Shown piece after piece: positions 60,673 to 64,000 of a DNA stretch of 64,000 nucleotides (position 1 is its first letter; each line of letters starts with the position of its first letter). This DNA is from Alphaproteobacteria bacterium. GTDB lineage: Bacteria; Pseudomonadota; Alphaproteobacteria; UBA8366; GCA-2717185. The notes beneath the pieces were generated by a model that saw nothing but the letters and a program-made list of their open reading frames with translations, was not told the origin of the DNA and searched no databases. A program made the translations under genes and the position numbers. Location: assembly GCA_021774385.1 (NCBI GenBank), contig JAJFJC010000261.1:2413-66412 (forward strand), in the 5' to 3' direction.

Positions 60673-62430
60673 ATGGCGAGGTTCGATGTCTACCATGCCG
60701 GCGTCGACAACCTACGCGACATCGGCGCCATCAATAATTCTTTACTCGAAAAAGCTTTGGAGATGCGCGTCGTCAGCTATATGGCGCATATCAAGGGGCA
60801 ATTGCTGCTGAACACAATCCGTGAAGTCGGCCGTGAAAAGAAATCGCTACGCGCCATCAACGATCGGCTGTTGGCGGCGAATATGTTTTTGCAGGACCAA
60901 ACTCAGACCAGTAAATCCCACATCCGGCTTTTAGAAGCCGTGGAGAGCATATCGGACGGGTTTTCGCTCTATGATTCGGATAAGCGTCTTTTGATTTGCA
61001 ACAAGCATTTCGAAAAAATATGGACCGCGGTGGAAGACATCATCAAACCCGGAATTTCGCTTTTAGAGTTCACCGATGCGCTTATCGAACGGAACATAGT
61101 TGATGGCACCGCCGAGCAAATCAAACAATGGCGCGAGCAAAAGGTCTCCCAAAACGCATCGTCGGGCGAAGATTTTACCATTCGGCTAAGGAATGGCCGC
61201 TGGATCCGCAGCCGCGTTTATTCCAACGAAGACGGCGGCTTCGTGATCATCGATGCGGATATTACCGATTTAAAGGACGGCGAAGAGCAACTGAGACTGT
61301 CCCAGAGAATGGAGGCTCTAGGCCAATTGACTGCCGGCATCTCTCATGATTTCAATAATTTGCTCGCTATCATCACGGGAAATATCGAATTATCACTTTC
61401 CAACCCAAACGATCCAGATGTCAGTGATCGTCTGAAAACAGCCGACGAAGCCGCTCAAAAAAGTGCGGACCTCATCCAAAGACTACTAACTTATTCGAAG
61501 CACCAAAAATTGGAGCCCGAATTCGTCGATACCGAGAACTTGGTACTGGAGTTAATGAAACTCCTGCGCCGCGCATTGGGAGAGACCATCAAAGTCGACA
61601 CTCAATTCCAAGAGGGGTTGAGCAAAATTTTCGTCGACCGCAGTCATCTTGAGAATGCTTTGTTGAACTTGAGTATTAATGCACGCGACGCCATGCCGTC
61701 CGGCGGCAACATATTGATTAAGGCCCGAAACCAGACAATCGATGAAGATAGTATGAGTTCGAGCACGCCTAAAACATCCGGCGATTATGTCGTTATTTCC
61801 GTCTTGGATAACGGGACCGGCATTCCTGAGAATATTCTCGACCGCGTCCTTGAACCCTATTTCACGACGAAAGGGCCAGGAAAAGGCAACGGCCTCGGAC
61901 TAAGCATGGTCTACGGTTTTGTTACCCAGTCGGAGGGGCACATTGCAATCCATAGCGTTGAGGGTGAAGGGGCAAAAATTGAACTTTTTTTCCCAGTTTA
62001 CAACCAGGAGCCGGCACCGCCAGTTAGAGACGACCGGCATGAGAACGAAACGAAAGGTTCCGGTGAAAAGATTTATTTAATCGAGGATGAGGTCCTGCTC
62101 CGCGACACATTGAAAACGATGCTAACGGATCTTGGCTATACGGTTGTTGATGGAGGAGCCGGGGAAGATGCCATGACCGATAACGGCCAATGGGAAGAAA
62201 TTGACCTGCTATTGACGGATATCTATCTGCCTGACGGTAGGAATGGCAGCAAGATTGCCACTTGGGTAGAAAACACGTTTCCAAATATCAAAATTCTTTT
62301 GATGTCCGGTTATGCCAAGAGCGAAAATACGCATGCGGAAGATGGCAGCGCCCTTTTCTCCTACATCAAAAAGCCGTTCAGGAAACGTCTTCTCGCACAG
62401 AGTTTGCACGATTTGCTCAACGAAACGTGA
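60673..62430 (+). CDS. Soluble PAS-domain hybrid sensor histidine kinase / response regulator
   Basis: 585 aa with no TM segment. The PAS domain spans ISDGFSLYDSDKRLLICNKHFEKIW...IDADITDLK. The H-box is GISHDFNNLL, the N-box is LLNLSINARDAM, and the G-boxes are DNGTGI and GNGLGLS. The C-terminal receiver has IYLIEDE and LLLTDIYLPDG. The ATG is 1 nt after the upstream stop. Confidence 0.85.
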   Translation: MARFDVYHAGVDNLRDIGAINNSLLEKALEMRVVSYMAHIKGQLLLNTIREVGREKKSLRAINDRLLAANMFLQDQTQTSKSHIRLLEAVESISDGFSLYDSDKRLLICNKHFEKIWTAVEDIIKPGISLLEFTDALIERNIVDGTAEQIKQWREQKVSQNASSGEDFTIRLRNGRWIRSRVYSNEDGGFVIIDADITDLKDGEEQLRLSQRMEALGQLTAGISHDFNNLLAIITGNIELSLSNPNDPDVSDRLKTADEAAQKSADLIQRLLTYSKHQKLEPEFVDTENLVLELMKLLRRALGETIKVDTQFQEGLSKIFVDRSHLENALLNLSINARDAMPSGGNILIKARNQTIDEDSMSSSTPKTSGDYVVISVLDNGTGIPENILDRVLEPYFTTKGPGKGNGLGLSMVYGFVTQSEGHIAIHSVEGEGAKIELFFPVYNQEPAPPVRDDRHENETKGSGEKIYLIEDEVLLRDTLKTMLTDLGYTVVDGGAGEDAMTDNGQWEEIDLLLTDIYLPDGRNGSKIATWVENTFPNIKILLMSGYAKSENTHAEDGSALFSYIKKPFRKRLLAQSLHDLLNET

Positions 62431-62610
62431 AGCGCCCCACGGCACAGATATTCAAACCGTAACGCAGGGCGACTAAGTTCTGCGTGTACGATAAACTCGC
62501 AAATAATTAGTCTAGTCGGCTAACTTTAGGATCATCACTGATAGAACGTGTTATCGTTTCCAGCGACACGGGGTATATGTATAGACGCCACAAATAGCGG
62601 GAATGAAAAC

Positions 62611-64000
62611 ATGTCAGACATTCGGAACGTATTGTTAATCGTCGTCGATCAGTGGCGGGGCGATACGGTTTCCTATCTCGATCACCCCTGCATCAAGACG
62701 CCGCATCTGGATGCGCTGTGCGGCGACGGCGTCACATTCCGCAATCATTACGTACAAGGCGTGCCCTGTGCGCCAGCGCGGGCCTCGTTGCTAACCGGTC
62801 AGTACATGATGACGCATAGGGTCGTGCAGAACGGCATCCCGATGGATGCACGCCATAACAATTTGGCCTATGAACTGAGAGCATTGGGGTACGATCCCGC
62901 GTTGGTCGGCTATACCACCACGACGCACGATCCCCGTGAAATTCCCGCGAACGACCCCCGATTCAGCGCCTTGGGCGATCTCATGCCGGGCTGGAACCCA
63001 ATCGCCCGTCTCGACCCTGCACGCCGCCCCTATTTCGACTGGTTACGGCAACATGGCGTGGACGTACCAACAGACCCGGATGATATCTGGTTGCCCGCAG
63101 ATTCAAGTGCCACATCAGCCTCGCGCATTGCCGCCGAACATTCCGATACCAGCTATGCCACCGAACATGGACTGGCCTACCTGCGGGGGATGGAAGGCCA
63201 GCCCTGGGCGTTACATTTAGGATATTACCGTCCACACCCACCGTTCATCGCACCATCGCCCTATAACAGCTCGGTTGATCCAGCAGACGTCCCCGCCCCT
63301 ATTCGGGCCGCCAACGCGGCGGTCGAAGGCGAACAACATCCGATGCTCAACCATTATTTGGGCTATATTAAGCAGCGGAAATTCTTCCAGAACGGGGCCG
63401 GACTTGGCAGCGAAATGGACGAGGGAGCCGTGCGGAACATGCGGGCGGCCTATTATGGGCTGATCACCGAAGTCGACGATCATGTGGGACGCGTAATCGC
63501 GTATCTGAAGCAAAGCGGCCAGTACGACAACACGTTGATCGTCTTCACGTCCGACCATGGCGAGCAGCTCGGCGACCATCACCTGCTCGGCAAACTCGGT
63601 TACTTCGATCAATCCTTTCATATTCCGTTGGTCATTCGCGATCCCCGCGCGGAAGCAAATTCAACGCGCGGCGATATCGTCGATGCGTTTACCGAAGCGG
63701 TCGACGTCATGCCAACGATTCTCGACTGGCTGGACAAACCTAATCCTCGTGACTGCGCGGGGGCCTCGCTAATCCCCTTTGTCAAAGGTGAAACGCCGGC
63801 GGACTGGCGGCAGGAGGTGCATTGGGAGTACGACTTCCGCCCCTACTATGCGGACGCGGGAACGCCACCGCCCTTCGGCCTATCGATCGACCAATGTGCG
63901 CTATCGGTCATTCGAGACACGAAATACAAATATGTCCATTTCGACGCGCTGCCGCCACTCTTCTTCGATTTGGAAGCCGACCCGCATGAGTTCCGGAACC
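62611..64000 (+). CDS. Sulfatase-family (alkaline-phosphatase superfamily) enzyme, partial (3' end beyond the window)
   Basis: Absent from the track because it is open at the window edge. My translation from the ATG at 62611 is MSDIRNVLLIVVDQWRGD...GVPCAPARASLLTGQY, which carries the CxPxR formylglycine motif. Later it reads VFTSDHGEQLGDHHLLGK. Confidence 0.8.
   Translation, partial: MSDIRNVLLIVVDQWRGDTVSYLDHPCIKTPHLDALCGDGVTFRNHYVQGVPCAPARASLLTGQYMMTHRVVQNGIPMDARHNNLAYELRALGYDPALVGYTTTTHDPREIPANDPRFSALGDLMPGWNPIARLDPARRPYFDWLRQHGVDVPTDPDDIWLPADSSATSASRIAAEHSDTSYATEHGLAYLRGMEGQPWALHLGYYRPHPPFIAPSPYNSSVDPADVPAPIRAANAAVEGEQHPMLNHYLGYIKQRKFFQNGAGLGSEMDEGAVRNMRAAYYGLITEVDDHVGRVIAYLKQSGQYDNTLIVFTSDHGEQLGDHHLLGKLGYFDQSFHIPLVIRDPRAEANSTRGDIVDAFTEAVDVMPTILDWLDKPNPRDCAGASLIPFVKGETPADWRQEVHWEYDFRPYYADAGTPPPFGLSIDQCALSVIRDTKYKYVHFDALPPLFFDLEADPHEFRN

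Noticed and set aside
1-64000. Search for rRNA, tRNA, CRISPR arrays, transposases, integrases and phage genes.
   Set aside because: I saw no tRNA-like T-arm sequence (GGTTCGAATCC type) in intergenic DNA. I saw no regularly spaced direct repeats, and no ORF with transposase or integrase character. The window is almost gap-free protein-coding DNA. This was an eye scan, not an exhaustive computation.

Overview
About 58 kb of this 64-kb window is one contiguous alphaproteobacterial flagellar superlocus. It covers the rod, rings, hook, junction and filament. It also covers the export gate and ATPase (FliOPQR, FlhA, FliHIJ), the C-ring (FliM, FliN), stator parts (MotA, MotB) and FlhF/FlhG. A complete Caulobacter-type regulatory set is encoded in the same stretch: CtrA, a SciP-like DUF1153 protein, FlbD, FliX, FlbT, FlaF, plus a DksA. 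fliG and a full-length flhB are not in the window. By reading both strands I found eight GG-N10-GC (sigma-54) promoter candidates, two perfect TTAA-N7-TTAA (CtrA-type) boxes, and a recurring dyad GGCAA-N3-TTGCC. The dyad sits about 90-110 bp upstream of several sigma-54 promoters and is a candidate FlbD enhancer. Three regions look accessory and worth follow-up. (1) An eight-gene tailoring island behind two tandem flagellin genes (28.2-36.9 kb), plus a second TPR-glycosyltransferase at 22.9-24.9 kb. It has two Fe(II)/2OG oxygenases, a methyltransferase, two PLP enzymes and two acyltransferases, but no recognisable nonulosonic-acid core pathway. (2) A three-gene operon of an Asp-less MotB paralogue, MotB and a 1161-aa secreted repeat/TPR protein (4.3-9.2 kb), unlinked from motA. 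(3) A stand-alone di-iron MBL-fold (ODP-like) protein translationally coupled to a soluble PAS hybrid histidine kinase next to ctrA (59.9-62.4 kb), preceded by a very AT-rich 258-bp region. The right edge carries a partial sulfatase gene. I saw no rRNA, tRNA, CRISPR array, transposase or integrase. All product calls rest on motif and architecture recognition by eye plus gene order; no database search was run.
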